Below are positions 1 to 11,647 of a stretch of DNA of 64,000 bases, piece after piece. Below the pieces are notes generated by a model. It had not been told where the DNA came from. It searched no databases and worked only from the letters and a program-made list of their open reading frames with translations. Source of the stretch: Lama guanicoe (taxonomy: Eukaryota). How positions within the stretch are numbered: position 1 is the stretch's first letter; each line of letters begins with the position of its first letter. The stretch spans positions 3,376,799 through 3,440,798 of the forward strand of contig MU053588.1 in assembly GCA_013239625.1 (NCBI GenBank), read 5' to 3'. A program made the translations under genes and the position numbers.

Positions 1-579
1 CTGGGTATGATGGGGGTTGTTGAGGGGCTTTAAGCAAATGAGGGGCCTACCCCAACTGACTGTCTACAAAGCTTCCTCAGCTCTGCAGGGAAAACGGACT
101 ATGGGGGATGGAGTAGAAGCGAGGAGCCAAGTGAGAAGTCCTTGCAGGCATCCAGGTGGAAGAAGAGGGTGGAGGTGGGGTCCAGGATGCTATTTCCTAT
201 GGTCCGATAGGTCAAGGGTGACTCCAGGATTTGGTCTTCAGCGATTGGGTGGTGGTGAGGTGGTTTCCTGAGTTGGGGAAGACAGGGGAGGAACTGGGTG
301 TTTGGAGGGTGGGGCTGGGGAACCAGGAGTTTCACTTTGGACACAGTCGGGTTCTAAGAGCCTATTCATCACCCAAGTGGAGACATCAGATAGGCAGATG
401 GATATTTGAGGCTGAAGCTCTGTGGGGATTCTGGGCAGGAGCTGGAAGTTGTCAGTTGTCAGACTGTCACATGGACTAGTGGGGCTCCCTGCCTCAAGAG
501 CTTATGGTTGAGCATGGTGACATGGAGGGGGTGGCATGAGGGCCCAGTGGTAGCAAGTGCCTGTGTTGGAGGACTCTGT

Positions 580-1010
580 TGTGATTTCCAAAATGCTTTG
601 AGAATGGTAACATTACTCAGGCCTCAAAACAACCCAGTGAAGAGTCAGACATTATTACCCCCATTTTGTTGATGAGAAAACTGAGGCCCTGAGAGAAATG
701 ACTCAGTAAAGATGACTACCATTTATGGAGGACCACTGAAGTGAACCAGTGATCAAGCTAAACGTTCTGTATGTGTTGTCTTATTTATTATTTAACAGCC
801 CCATGAGGTAAGAATTATTGAGGTGTCACCTGAGGAAATTGAGGCTTACAGAGGGTAAGGAACTGCCCATGGTCTCACGGTGTGTGAAGGACAGAGTCAA
901 GTTTCTGGCTGTCTCCAGAGCCAGGGTCATTCCAGGACACTGAGCATCGTCACCCTATACAGTCAAGGCCCAGAAGAGAAAGCTGGCTTCCCTCAAGTTA
1001 CACAGCAAGA
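580..1010. mobile_element. Cluster of MIR fragments; more MIRs at ~6620-6790, 10070-10270, 26560-26970, 41430-41560, 48490-48600 and 52900-53100
   Basis: MIR core: cccattttgttgatgagaaaactgaggc, gaggaaattgaggcttacagagggtaag. Confidence 0.65.
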
Positions 1011-1926
1011 AGCAAACCCCCGAGGTTCTCAGTTGGAAAGGACCCTTGCACCACCCTAGTCTGCCCTCCCACCCAGTGTGGGAGCTTTCTCTGCACCATT
1101 CTGGGCAGGTGGGAGGGCAACTGCACCCAGGTGGCCCCCAGGACAGATACTCACTGCCTCCCCAGGCAGTAGATAACCAGCCAGGGTCAGGAAGCTGTCC
1201 TCATTTTGCACACAGTCGATTGAAGTGTAAATTACATGGTACCCCAGACCCCATCCCTTCCTGTCCTCCCTACTCTAGACTTAACTATAGGCTGCCAACA
1301 TCTTGGGAGAACGGGGTGTCCAGAACTGGTCATAATTTGCCATATCAGGGATGGCTAGTGAGTGTCAACGTTCATGTGGTGGCTGCCACAGCATACCAGG
1401 GAATGGAGAGTCGGCCCTGTGCGCTGGAGTGAGGCACTGCACCTGGGCAGCTCTGAGGCGTCAGCCTCCTCTAGTTCCTTCTCAAGGTGGCCTCCTCCCC
1501 ACCAGGTGGAACCAAGCCCAGATAGGAAAGTGGGCGATTACACTGCAGTCCTGCCGTGTGTCATATAAACCACGTGTCTCCGTCTTTCTGCCCCCAGTCT
1601 GTGGCCTAGATCCCACCTGTGGCAAAGCACAGACAGTCTGCACCGATACACCACCAGTCCTAAGTTTCCCCTTACCCATTCACTGAAAATTCATGGATCG
1701 CCTGTTAGGCAACTGCACTGGGGTAAGGCAGGGATCAGAACACAGCTATGAGCAAGAATTTTTCTCCTCCCTTTGGCCTTAATGGGCTGTGCTAGCCCTC
1801 TGTGCTTGTTTTTCTCACAGGTTAGCAGATGACCCACTAAATATCCTGGCCAGAGTCCCTGCTGGGTGCTTGCGCTGGTATACCTCCCATTATGCTAACT
1901 TCTCTACCAGCTGACTTGGTCCTGAT

Positions 1927-1941
1927 GCGCCCCCTAGTGGC
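1927..1941 (-). promoter_or_regulatory. CTCF-binding motif
   Basis: GCGCCCCCTAGTGGC is the reverse complement of GCCACTAGGGGGCGC, a near-perfect CTCF core. Confidence 0.7.
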
Positions 1942-2049
1942 TTCAGATGGCACTGAGTCAGAGGGCTCTAGATTGTGGAGAAATGGGGCCTCCTACTGGC
2001 TAACCCCAAGTCTTGAGCCAGCTCATTGTTCACCCGGAATCATCTCTCT

Positions 2050-2580
2050 CATTCTTTAATTCCTTTAGTCAGCCAGCATTTGGTGACCAGCCACCATGCC
2101 CAGTCAGCTTTCTGCGTATGGGATACAGTGAGGAATAAGGCAGACAATCTGTCCTCATGGAGCTGGCACGAGCCTTTCTTGAGGAGGCAGACTAGAAGCT
2201 GATAACTGCTATGAAGGAAGGAAGAGTATAATGTAAGATGGTGACTGAGGAAAGGAAGATTCCTTGTCAGGGTGAGTGGTCAGGAGAAGCCTCTCTGAGC
2301 AAGGGTGGAGGGTGGGGGGCATTTGATAGAGACTTGAATGATGAGACTTGATCCAGTCATGGGCAGATCAAGAAGAGGGGGAGAACAGCATGTGCAAAGG
2401 CCCTGAGGTGGGGACTTCTCTTTGGCCTCAGTGACAGGAAGGAGGCCAATGTGGCTGGATGACAGTTAGGCAGTGAGAAATTCATGGGAGGTGAGGAAGG
2501 CCAGGTCATGCAGGGCCATGCAAGGAGCTGGATTATATTCCAAATTTGATGAAAACCAGTGGAGGGTTTATGGTTCAATT
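2050..2580. mobile_element. L2 fragment; similar L2 pieces at ~3400-3860, 8590-9070, 37070-38300 and 55740-56075
   Basis: L2 hallmarks: tgtcctcatggagct, gaacagcatgtgcaaaggccctgagg, ggaggccaatgtggctgga. Confidence 0.65.
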
Positions 2581-2589
2581 AATAGTTTA

Positions 2590-3240
2590 GAACAAGAACC
2601 AAGTGTATACCCACTGTTTTGCCTCTTCAGCTCTCTACTCAACAGGACATCCTAGAGATTGTTCCATATCAGGACAAAGAGTGTGCTTGATCTTTTTGAT
2701 GACTGCATAGTATTCCACCCAATTCATTCGCCCATTCCTCTCTGCTGCACAGTCAGCTTGCTTCCATTCTTTCGCGAAAACACTGCTTGCTGCTGGGAGT
2801 ACCCTTCTAGAGAGGTCATTTTGCACAAGTGCAAGTATATCCCTAACATAAATTCCTCAAAGTGGAATGGCTAAGACAAAGGTTATGTGTATTGGTAATT
2901 TTGGTAGGCATTGCCAGATTACTCTCTCACCAGCCATGTGCAAGAGTACTTGTTTCCCCACATGCCCCCAACATAGTGTGTCATGCACTGTTGTTATCTT
3001 TGCCCATCTGATAGGTAAAAATAGTATCTCAGTGCAGTTGTAGCTGTGTTTACCTTATTGTGAGTTAATCTGAACTTTTTTCCTTGAGAGCTGTTTGTAT
3101 TTGTTTTGCTGGGCAGTCACCAGATCTGTCTGTTGACCAGACTACTATTGGGTAATTTTTTTCTTGTTGATTTATAATTGCTCTTTATATATTACAGAAA
3201 TGAGCCCTTTGTGTCAAGTTGCTTATATTTTCCTAGTTTG
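2590..3240 (-). mobile_element. Ancient L1M 3' fragment
   Basis: AT-rich sequence with L1M hallmarks (tgcatagtattccac, gtggaatggctaagacaaagg, tgccagattactctc). Confidence 0.6.
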
Positions 3241-3866
3241 TTCACTTCCTGGAGCATTAAATTGGTCTTTGGAATAATAATAGCATTGGTAGCAATTGAT
3301 CAGCCCTCCACCCCATTTCCCAGAAGGAAAAATATTGTGTCTGTAAGTACAATACTACATATAAAAGTGGCTAAGTAAATTATGAAGTATGAATCTTAGT
3401 TTACTCAACAAATATATATGGAGCACCTACTGGGTGCCAGATGCTGTTCTAGGTGATGAGATTACAGCGGTGACCAAAACCATCAAGATCACACTCTCAT
3501 GGAACTGATATACCAGTGAGGGAGACACCATAAAAAGAGTAAACAGAAAGAGAGAGACATTAAGATAGTGATAAGTCTTATGAAGGAGGTGAAATGGAGA
3601 TGACAGAGGGAGGTATGGCAGTGGGCTGGTTTAGATCAGATGGTCAATGAGGGCATCTCTGAAGAGGTAACTCTGTGTTAGGACCTGAGTGACAAGACAG
3701 ACTTAGATAGGAGTAAAAGAACTAGAACTGCCTGGTAGAGGGAATAGCATGTGTAAAGGCCCTGAGGTAGGAGTTGAGGTCAGGAAGACTAGCACAGGCC
3801 TCAGTGTAAAGGGCTTTAGCAGGCAGGTGAGGAATTTTGATTGTATTGTTGTGGGCTACAAGAAGC

Positions 3867-3868
<2 letters not shown>

Positions 3869-3900
<32 letters not shown>
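3869..3900. repeat. (GT)n microsatellite; others at ~37753-37786, 44172-44195 and 50303-50319
   Basis: Read directly. Confidence 0.95.
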
Positions 3901-3902
<2 letters not shown>

Positions 3903-4284
3903 AAGGGGGTTTTGTTTTTTCTTTTGGAAATGTTCAAGCCTAAAAGTAGAGAGAATAATATATCTTTTTCACCCAGCCCAATAGGTATCAACATTTTGCC
4001 AATTCTGTTTTATCTACACTCCTTACTTTTCTGGTGGAGGGGCTGGATTTTTTTCCTTCCCATTCTCTGCTTCATTCCCCTTAAATTTTTTTCTTTGAAG
4101 TATAACAAATACTGGAAAATACACAAATTGTAAGTATTCAGCTCAGTGAGACTCACAAACTGAGCAGATGCATATAACAGGTTCCCAAACTGAGAAACTG
4201 AATATGATACGGCCAGCTCCCCAGAAGACCCCTGGATACTGTCTGGTCTCTACCTCCCAAACTTCTAACATGCAAATGGAACAT

Positions 4285-4612
4285 GAACATCAAGATGTAG
4301 GCAGGGTTAGTTTTTCCTGAGGGTCTGGAGGGAACGACCTGTTCAGGCCTCTTTCCTCAGCTTATAGATACCTGTCTTCTCCCTGCATCTCTTCACATGG
4401 TCTTCCTTCTCTGCATGTTTGTCTGTCTCCAGATTTCCCTGTGTTATATGGGCAATAGTCATACTGGATTAGGGTCCACCCTAAAGACTTCATTTTAATT
4501 TGATCCTCTCCAAAGACTGTATCTCCAAATAAGGTCACACTCTGGGGTTCTGGGAGGGTTAGGATTCCAACATACCTCTTTTTTGGGGGGGTGACAATTC
4601 AACTCATAATAG
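4285..4612. mobile_element. MLT1 (ERVL-MaLR) LTR fragment
   Basis: ggattagggtccaccctaaagacttcattttaa...caaataaggtcacactctgggg...caattcaactcataa. Confidence 0.7.
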
Positions 4613-5053
4613 TGCCAAAGAGTTTTCCAAAGTGATTTTACCAATTTACTCACCCACTATGGGCTGGAGTATTTTAAAGCTAATTCCAGACATGAAATCA
4701 TTTGCCTTGGGAGTGTTTTAAAAGGAGGGAAGATTTGGTCTGATTTACATTTTTAAACGATTCTATTTGTTCTGGGGGAATATAAGACAAGGCAAATACT
4801 TCATCAAGAAAGAAAAGTAAATAAAGAGCCAGCCCTCCTGTAATGACCCATGTAGGATGCTCCAGCACCCCAGGGTTAGGAGAAGTCTCTTGGGTGCCCT
4901 TAGCTCAGGGATGCTGTCCAGAGATCTGTGTTCCATCCTTTAATGCCTGCTGCCAGCCCGTCCTGTGAAGCACCCTTTGGGGTTCAGGCAATGCAGAGGG
5001 AGGAGACAGGCCAGGATTCAGGCTATCTTTCTGTCCACCCCACTCCCTGGCAG

Positions 5054-5159
5054 GACATACAGCAGCTCCTCCAGCTCCAGCAGCTGGTGCTTGTGCCGGG
5101 TCACCACCTTCAGCCACCTGCTCAGTTCCTGCTGCCACAGGCCCAGCAGAGTCAGCCAG
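5054..5159 (+). CDS. POU2F2: POU2F2 coding exon ([10 protein letters not shown]...QQSQP)
   Basis: ggcag|GACATA ... CAGCCAG|gtaagg; 106 nt. Confidence 0.93.
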
Positions 5160-8100
5160 GTAAGGCCCCCACCCTGGATGGCCTCCTCGACCCCTCTGCA
5201 GCATTCCCCCAGCCCCTCTCACCCTGTGCATTCCTTCCTGTCTCCCCAGGCCTGCTACCGACGCCAAATCTATTCCAGCTACCTCAGCAAACCCAGGGAG
5301 CTCTTCTGACCTCCCAGCCCCGGGCAGGGCTGCCCACACAGGTGAGAGAGCCCACTGAGTGTGTCAGGCTGGGCCAGAAGCAGGGCCTGCTGAAGGCAAG
5401 GGGGAATGGAGGTGGAGTAACGGGACAGTGAGGGTCCTCTCCATTTGGCTCACCCCACAGCCACAGGGACCAAGACAGGAGTCAACAGACCTGGGGCCCA
5501 GTGCTGCTCTGCCACTAATTTGCTGCGGGACCCTAGGCAAGCCATTCTCCCTGTCTGAGTTGGTTTCTTCCTCTACAGAACAGAGGAGATTTAGACAGAC
5601 CAGTGGCTCTTAACCCTTTCAGGCATATAGACTCCTTTGAGAATCTGATGGAAGATTTGTATCTGGCCCCAAAACGTACATGTACACAAAATTTCAGAGG
5701 GTTCACAACAAGTCTTTAGGTCACAAATGTTTTGGGTCCCTTCCAGCACTCCAAATGGAGGGTTCCCTGACCAAACTGTCTGCTGGGTACCAATTCAGTC
5801 CCCTGAATTAGGTATCAACAAAATTTCTAGAAAATGCCAGATTCCCAGCTTCTTTTGACAAACCAGAAGCTCTGGGAAGGCTGGATCTGCACCCACATGG
5901 TGTGGCAGCAGTGGGCAGCTGGTCACTGTCCAGATCTCAGGCCCCTTCCTGCAGGGGATGAGCGCTCCAGGCTGCTTTGGCATCCTTTTGCCTGTCCCCT
6001 TTCTTTCAGTTTGCTGCCTGGGTTCTAAACTTTAATAATAATCTTTCATGATTACAGACTTCAAAGTTCCCTCCTATCCATATTTTAAAAACAGCTCTTT
6101 CAAAAAATATAGGAACTATTTCAGAAAACCTGAAAAGTTTAGAGACTGATACAGGGCTTAGCTGCAATTCTGAAATCGAAGATGCTTGGAAAATCAGATT
6201 GTTCTTGTGGGCACCAGGAGTCATTTGGCTGCAAAACCTGCCTTGACCTGATGTGAGGGAGTGTGTGACTTTTCTTTATCCTTCTTGTGTGGTATTTGTG
6301 CTTTGCTGACAGCTGTTGATATATCCAATTATGGGGTGATGCTTTGACCCTGATAGGGGATTTCAAATTATCTATGGTATATGCCCCATGTAGGCTTTCT
6401 AAAATCTGAAAAATGTCTGAATTCCAAAATGCACCTGGCCCCAGGGTTTTGGGTAATGGATCAAGGACTTATGCACCCAACATCCCTACACCTGCTGTTT
6501 AGATCTTTTATTTTTATGGAAATGAAGCATTCCATGAGAGAGCTATTGCTTCTTTGTAAATCTTCCCAATTGCCCTCCCTGTCTATTTTAAAATATACTT
6601 TTACTTTACTTGCAGGCTACTCATTTTTAACCCTATTCTCCCAACAACCCTGTGGGGTAGGCAGAGTAGCCATAATTATGCCTCAGTAGCTCTGCAGAGG
6701 GGGATGCTGAGGCCCAGAGGGATAAAGAAACTTGCCTGAGTTAACCAGCAATCCAGTAGCAGAGCCAGTCCTTGATTCCCTGCCCCAGAGGAGGATAAAA
6801 CCACCACCCCCAGCTCCTGAAAAAGAGCCCCTGGGTGAAAGGAGCTGGCTGCTCCTCCTGGCAGTCTGCAGGCTGGGAGGGAATGTGAAAAGAGTTCCAC
6901 GCAGTGAGAGGACCCTCGGAGGACAGCAGAGTGTCATCTTGATGGGGCTTGGCAAGGAGTATGGAGGGGGTCTCCTGGGGGCAGGTGGAGGGGAGTCTGC
7001 AGGAAGAGGGTGGACTGCGCAGCCATTGCTGAGCCCTGTCCTGGTCCTTGGTCCTGTATCCCATCCACCTGCCCACCCCACCAGGCCGTGACCCGCCCCA
7101 CGCTGCCCGACCCGCACCTCTCGCACCCGCAGCCCCCCAAATGCTTGGAGCCACCATCCCACCCCGAGGAGCCCAGTGACCTGGAGGAGCTGGAGCAGTT
7201 CGCTCGCACCTTCAAGCAACGCCGCATCAAGTTGGGCTTCACGCAGGTCTGGGACCACCCGGCAGGACAGGTGGTGGGCGTGGGGAGACAGGGAGGTGTG
7301 ACCAGCTGATGGGCGGGGTGACCGGTCACACTCATCTAGTGGGCGGAGTGGAGAGCGTAGCTTTATGGTGGATGGGGTGAGGGGTGTGACCGGCTGGAGG
7401 GCAGGGGGAAGGAGCATAGCAGCCTACTGGGCAGAGTGAAGGGCGTGGCAATCTAGTGGGCGGGGCTGAGCCCATTGCTCGGCCCTGACCGCAGCCCCAT
7501 CCCCGCCCCATTGGCCCAGGGTGACGTGGGCCTGGCCATGGGCAAGCTCTATGGCAATGACTTCAGCCAGACGACCATCTCTCGCTTCGAGGCCCTCAAC
7601 CTGAGCTTCAAGAACATGTGCAAACTCAAGCCCCTCCTGGAGAAGTGGCTCAACGACGCAGGTGGGTCTTGGGCTGGAGCTTCCGGGCTGGCGGTGGGCG
7701 GCGGGCAGCAGGCGGAGGGAGGCGCCCTCTCATACCCTTGTCTCCTTCCGGACACAGAGACTATGTCTGTGGACTCAAGCCTGCCCAGTCCCAACCAGAT
7801 GAGCAGCCCCAGCCTGGGTTTCGATGGGCTCCCCGGCCGGAGACGCAAGAAGAGGACCAGCATCGAGACAAACGTCCGCTTCGCCTTAGAGAAGAGTTTT
7901 CTAGCGGTGAGGCCCCACCCTCCTGAGTGGCCCTGAGGGCTGGCGGGAGGATGGGCCCAGGGCTAACAAGCCCTCTGCCCACAGAACCAGAAGCCTACCT
8001 CAGAGGAGATCCTGCTGATCGCAGAGCAGCTGCACATGGAGAAGGAAGTGATCCGCGTCTGGTTCTGCAACCGGCGCCAAAAGGAGAAACGTATCAACCC

Positions 8101-11100
8101 CTGCAGCGCAGCCCCCATGCTGCCCAGCCCGGGCAAGCCGGCCAGCTACAGCCCCCATCTGGTACTGAGAGCCCCTGTGAGAGAAGGGGGTACAGAGCTC
8201 TGGCACATCTTTGCCCCTTGGCAGGCACCTTGCATGAAGCACAACTACCTGTTTGTCCACAGTGCCTAGAATGGAGGCAGGGACAGTCACTTGGGGGGTT
8301 GTCACATGGGAGGGGCACAGTCACACTGGGACACAAAGTTCCCAGGGCTCTGTGGTCTTATATGGGGATACAAGCTCCTACAGACCCACACTGACATAGC
8401 TCAATATAGAGTTATCACAAGATGTACCCACACGGGGATGGATCCCAGGTAGGGGATACAGGCATCCCCCCTTACACACATGTTCACAACCACAGACACC
8501 GGCAGGGACATTATTACACCCCTGGGTGTGCACTCGGGTCCACAGCCACACACAGGCCTGTTCAGGATCAGACCCTCTGGGACTTTCCTTTATTCTGTCT
8601 AGTTGTGGAAAGGGCTATGACTCTACAGAGAGGAGCAAAAGTGGCCCAGAGGAGCCTTGAGCCTATGATGTGAAGGAAGGAGGGGCCATCTGAGCTGAGT
8701 CATAAAGGACAAGAGAGAGTTAGCCAGCCATGTGAAGAACAGGCAAAGGGATCGATGTGCACAAAAGCCTGGAAGCCAGAGTGTACTGAACCCAGTTTGA
8801 GGAACTCCACTGTGATTTAGTGTGGTTGGAGCCAGAAAGTTTATGAATGAGTGTGGAGGAGGGGTGGGGGACAGGAAGGGGCCAGACACTAAGTCGTATG
8901 CTGAGGGACTTAAACTGGAACCACAGGCATTGAGGAGCCCAGGATGAGTTTTGAACAGGGAGGGACTGGGTCACATTTAGAGTGAGGCCTCTGGGGTTGA
9001 TGGCAGGATGAGACTGGAGGCAGGGAGGCCAAGGAGGAGACTAGTGGATGGTCCCAGAAAATCAAGCAATATGACAGTCCCACACTGTGATACAGAGACA
9101 CGCCTTATCCTCATAGCAACCCCTCACCCATCCCCAGAACACACAGACACACACACACACACATCATACCTGCAACTGGATTGTGTCAGAAGAGAGGTGG
9201 GGGAGCACTCAGTTGGGAATGACTTCCTCCTGTTTGTGGCTCAACTAGGGCAAATGTGAGGAAAGCTGATGGAAAGCACCTGGCATGATACAAACACAAC
9301 ATTGCCCCCAAATCCCTCTCTTACCCATCCCAGAGGCAGAGGCATGGGGCTTGTACCCACTGGGAGCACCATGGGGGCTGCTGGAAGATAGTGGCCTAAC
9401 TATACCTTCTTTCCTCTCTCCCCAGGTCACACCCCAGGGGGGCGCCGGGACCCTGCCATTGTCCCAAGCTTCCAGCAGTCTGAGCACAACAGGTCAGAGA
9501 GGGCAGAGGACGGGGGTGGAGGTGGGGGTGCTGGGTGAACACACTGCAGACCTGAGCCTGAGGTTCTCAAGTGGCTCAGGGCATCTGTGGGCCTCAAGGC
9601 TGAGCCTGGGGGAGATGGGAGCGGGATGGGGGTGGAAAGGGGAGAGGGCAGCCTCACCCCTCCCCGCCAGAGCAGCTCAGGCTTCTTTTGCTCCATAATT
9701 TCATATGAGAAAAGCATAGGGTTGATAAAAGGGGATGAACTTGAGTTCTTTTTCTAGCCGTTATAAACTGTGTGAACTCCGTAAGTGACCTTACTTCTCT
9801 GAACCTCAGTTTTTATAAAATTATTGTGAATATATAATACATACAGAAGCTATATCCCTGAGTATATACATTCAAGGATGTGTATGTGTGTGTGCGTGTA
9901 TGTGTATGTGTGTATATACACACACACTTTTGTACCCAGAGGCCTCCTTTCCCCCTTATTGGGGTACGGCATGTTTAACACTATATATAAGAATAATATA
10001 AAAACAAACGCCATATTGTCCCTTCGCAGGTTAAGAAATAATAAGTGGAAGTTTATGGAGTAGTAAGGGTGTGCCTGGCATTGTTCTAAACTCTTTATAA
10101 AGAATAGTGACTCATTTAACCCTCACACCTTTTTATGAGATAGGTTCTGTTATCCTCCCCACTTCCCAGATGATGAAACTGAAGGCCAGAGAGGTGAAGG
10201 TACTTGCCCAAGGGCACAGCTGGAATGTGACAGAGCCAGGAAATGTGGTTGTGTGTCTGGCCTGAATCTGGGCTGGGAGCTGTCTCAGCCTCAGCGTGCA
10301 CAGCTGCACTTCCCTGTCTGGCCCCTAGAGAGAGCCACAGGGCTCTGTCTTCTGGGCACCCCTGGTTCTTTGTATAAAGGGGCCTGAGGTGAGGTTCAGG
10401 GCTGGGTAAGCAGTGGGTGAGCACACACCGGGCACAGGGCACAGGCTCAGTGTGTGGCAGCTGCTCTTACTGTGATGACTGTGGTTGCTGTCACCGTGGC
10501 AGAGGCACAAGGAAATGGCTGTAGGAAGAAAGGGCAGGAGGGCTGAACGTGTTCTGACAGAGATCAGTGGGACTGGGCAGGGAAGGCAAGCAGGAGCCGA
10601 CCTCGGTGGAGGATAAGTGGAAGCTGAAGTCTCCATCTGTCTGTCTCTCTTTGGCAGTTACTACCTTATCCTCAGCTGTGGGGACACTCCACCCAAGCCG
10701 GACAGCTGGAGGGGGTGGGGCCGGGGGCGGGGCTGCGCCCCCCCTCACCTCCATCCCCTCTGTCACTCCCCCACCCCCGGCCACCACCAACAGCACAAAT
10801 CCCAGCCCTCAAGGCAGCCACTCGGCTATCGGCTTGTCGGGCCTGACCCCCAGCACGGGGTAAGTGGGCAGCTGCAGGTGGGAGGCTGTGGGAGAAGCAG
10901 GGTTGCTGCTGCTTCCAGGGTGGGGAGCTGCTCCCCAATTCTGCCAGAGGGTCCCTGCCCCTGCTAATGCCTCTGCTTTGCCTCCTGCAGAAGCACAATG
11001 GTGGGGTTGAGCTCCGGGCTGAGTCCAGCCCTCATGAGCAACAACCCTTTGGCCACTATCCAAGGTGCGTGCTGCCTCATGTCACTCCCATCGTCACCAG

Positions 11101-11647
11101 CCTTGTCCCCCGGGGCCTCGAGCCCTCCCCATTGCAGCTCCAGCCATGCCATCCTGCCCCTGCTCACTGCATCGCTCGCCTCTTCAAAACCATCTCACCT
11201 TTGGGGAAGGTGTGAGGGGTGCTGATGGGGGTCAGTGGGGCAGATGGGAAGACGGGGCACTGTGGGTGGGATGCTGGAAGGCACCCCCAGCTCCGCCTCT
11301 CTCTTTCTCCGCCAGCCCTGGCCTCTGGTGGAACCCTGCCCCTTACCAGCCTTGACAGCAGTGGGAACCTGGTGCTGGGGGCGGCCGGCGCGGCCCCAGG
11401 GAGCCCGGGCCTGGTGACCTCACCTCTCTTCTTGAACCATGCCGGGCTGCCCCTGCTCAGTGCTCCTCCAGGTGTGGGCCTGGTCTCTGCAGCCGCTGCA
11501 GCCGTGGCAGCCTCCATCTCCAGCAAGTCTCCTGGCCTCTCCTCCTCCTCGTCCTCGTCCTCGTCCTCCTCCTCCACTTGCAGTGAGGGGGCAGCACAGA
11601 CCCCTGGAGGCCCAGGGGGGCCCGAGGCAGGGTCCAAGCCTGAGTGA
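5054..11647 (+). CDS. POU2F2: POU domain class 2 transcription factor 2 (Oct-2), 5'-partial multi-exon CDS: join(5054-5159,5250-5341,7085-7246,7520-7661,7758-7906,7985-8161,9426-9492,10658-10859,10991-11064,11316-11647); the short isoform skips 10991-11064 and stops at 11355
   Basis: Gln-rich region, POU-specific domain ([31 protein letters not shown]...LEKWLNDAE), POU homeodomain ([11 protein letters not shown]...[15 protein letters not shown]) and the Oct-2 C-terminus [17 protein letters not shown] sites with consistent phases. Upstream exons lie outside the window. Confidence 0.97.
5250..5341 (+). CDS. POU2F2: POU2F2 coding exon ([10 protein letters not shown]...GLPTQ)
   Basis: tccccag|GCCTG ... 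ACACAG|gtgaga; 92 nt. Confidence 0.93.
7085..7246 (+). CDS. POU2F2: POU2F2 coding exon, start of POU-specific domain (alternative acceptor at 7133)
   Basis: ccaccag|GCCGTG ... ACGCAG|gtctgg; 162 nt. Confidence 0.93.
7520..7661 (+). CDS. POU2F2: POU2F2 coding exon, POU-specific domain
   Basis: gcccag|GGTGAC ... GACGCAG|gtgggt; [47 protein letters not shown]. Confidence 0.95.
7758..7906 (+). CDS. POU2F2: POU2F2 coding exon, POU linker and homeodomain start
   Basis: gacacag|AGACT ... CTAGCG|gtgagg. Confidence 0.95.
7985..8161 (+). CDS. POU2F2: POU2F2 coding exon, homeodomain helices 2-3
   Basis: cccacag|AACCAG ... CATCTG|gtactg; [11 protein letters not shown]. Confidence 0.95.
9426..9492 (+). 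CDS. POU2F2: POU2F2 coding exon ([22 protein letters not shown])
   Basis: ctccccag|GTCACA ... ACAACAG|gtcaga; 67 nt. Confidence 0.9.
10658..10859 (+). CDS. POU2F2: POU2F2 coding exon ([11 protein letters not shown]...GLTPSTG)
   Basis: ttggcag|TTACT ... ACGGG|gtaagt; 202 nt. Confidence 0.92.
10991..11064 (+). CDS. POU2F2: POU2F2 74-nt frame-switching cassette exon ([24 protein letters not shown])
   Basis: cctgcag|AAGCAC ... CCAAG|gtgcgt; encodes the Oct-1-like [11 protein letters not shown] motif. Confidence 0.88.
11316..11647 (+). CDS. POU2F2: POU2F2 last exon, coding part (two frames: stop at 11355 or 11647)
   Basis: ccgccag|CCCTGG; frame [13 protein letters not shown], frame [15 protein letters not shown]...GSKPE*. 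Confidence 0.92.

Noticed and set aside
1800..1832. Strong-looking acceptor (ttgtttttctcacag) in a POU2F2 intron
   Set aside because: There is a stop four codons into the expected frame and I found no convincing donor.
4270..4277. Octamer ATGCAAAT in a POU2F2 intron (also at 47540) as an autoregulatory site
   Set aside because: About two hits are expected by chance in 64 kb, and both lie in or beside repeats.
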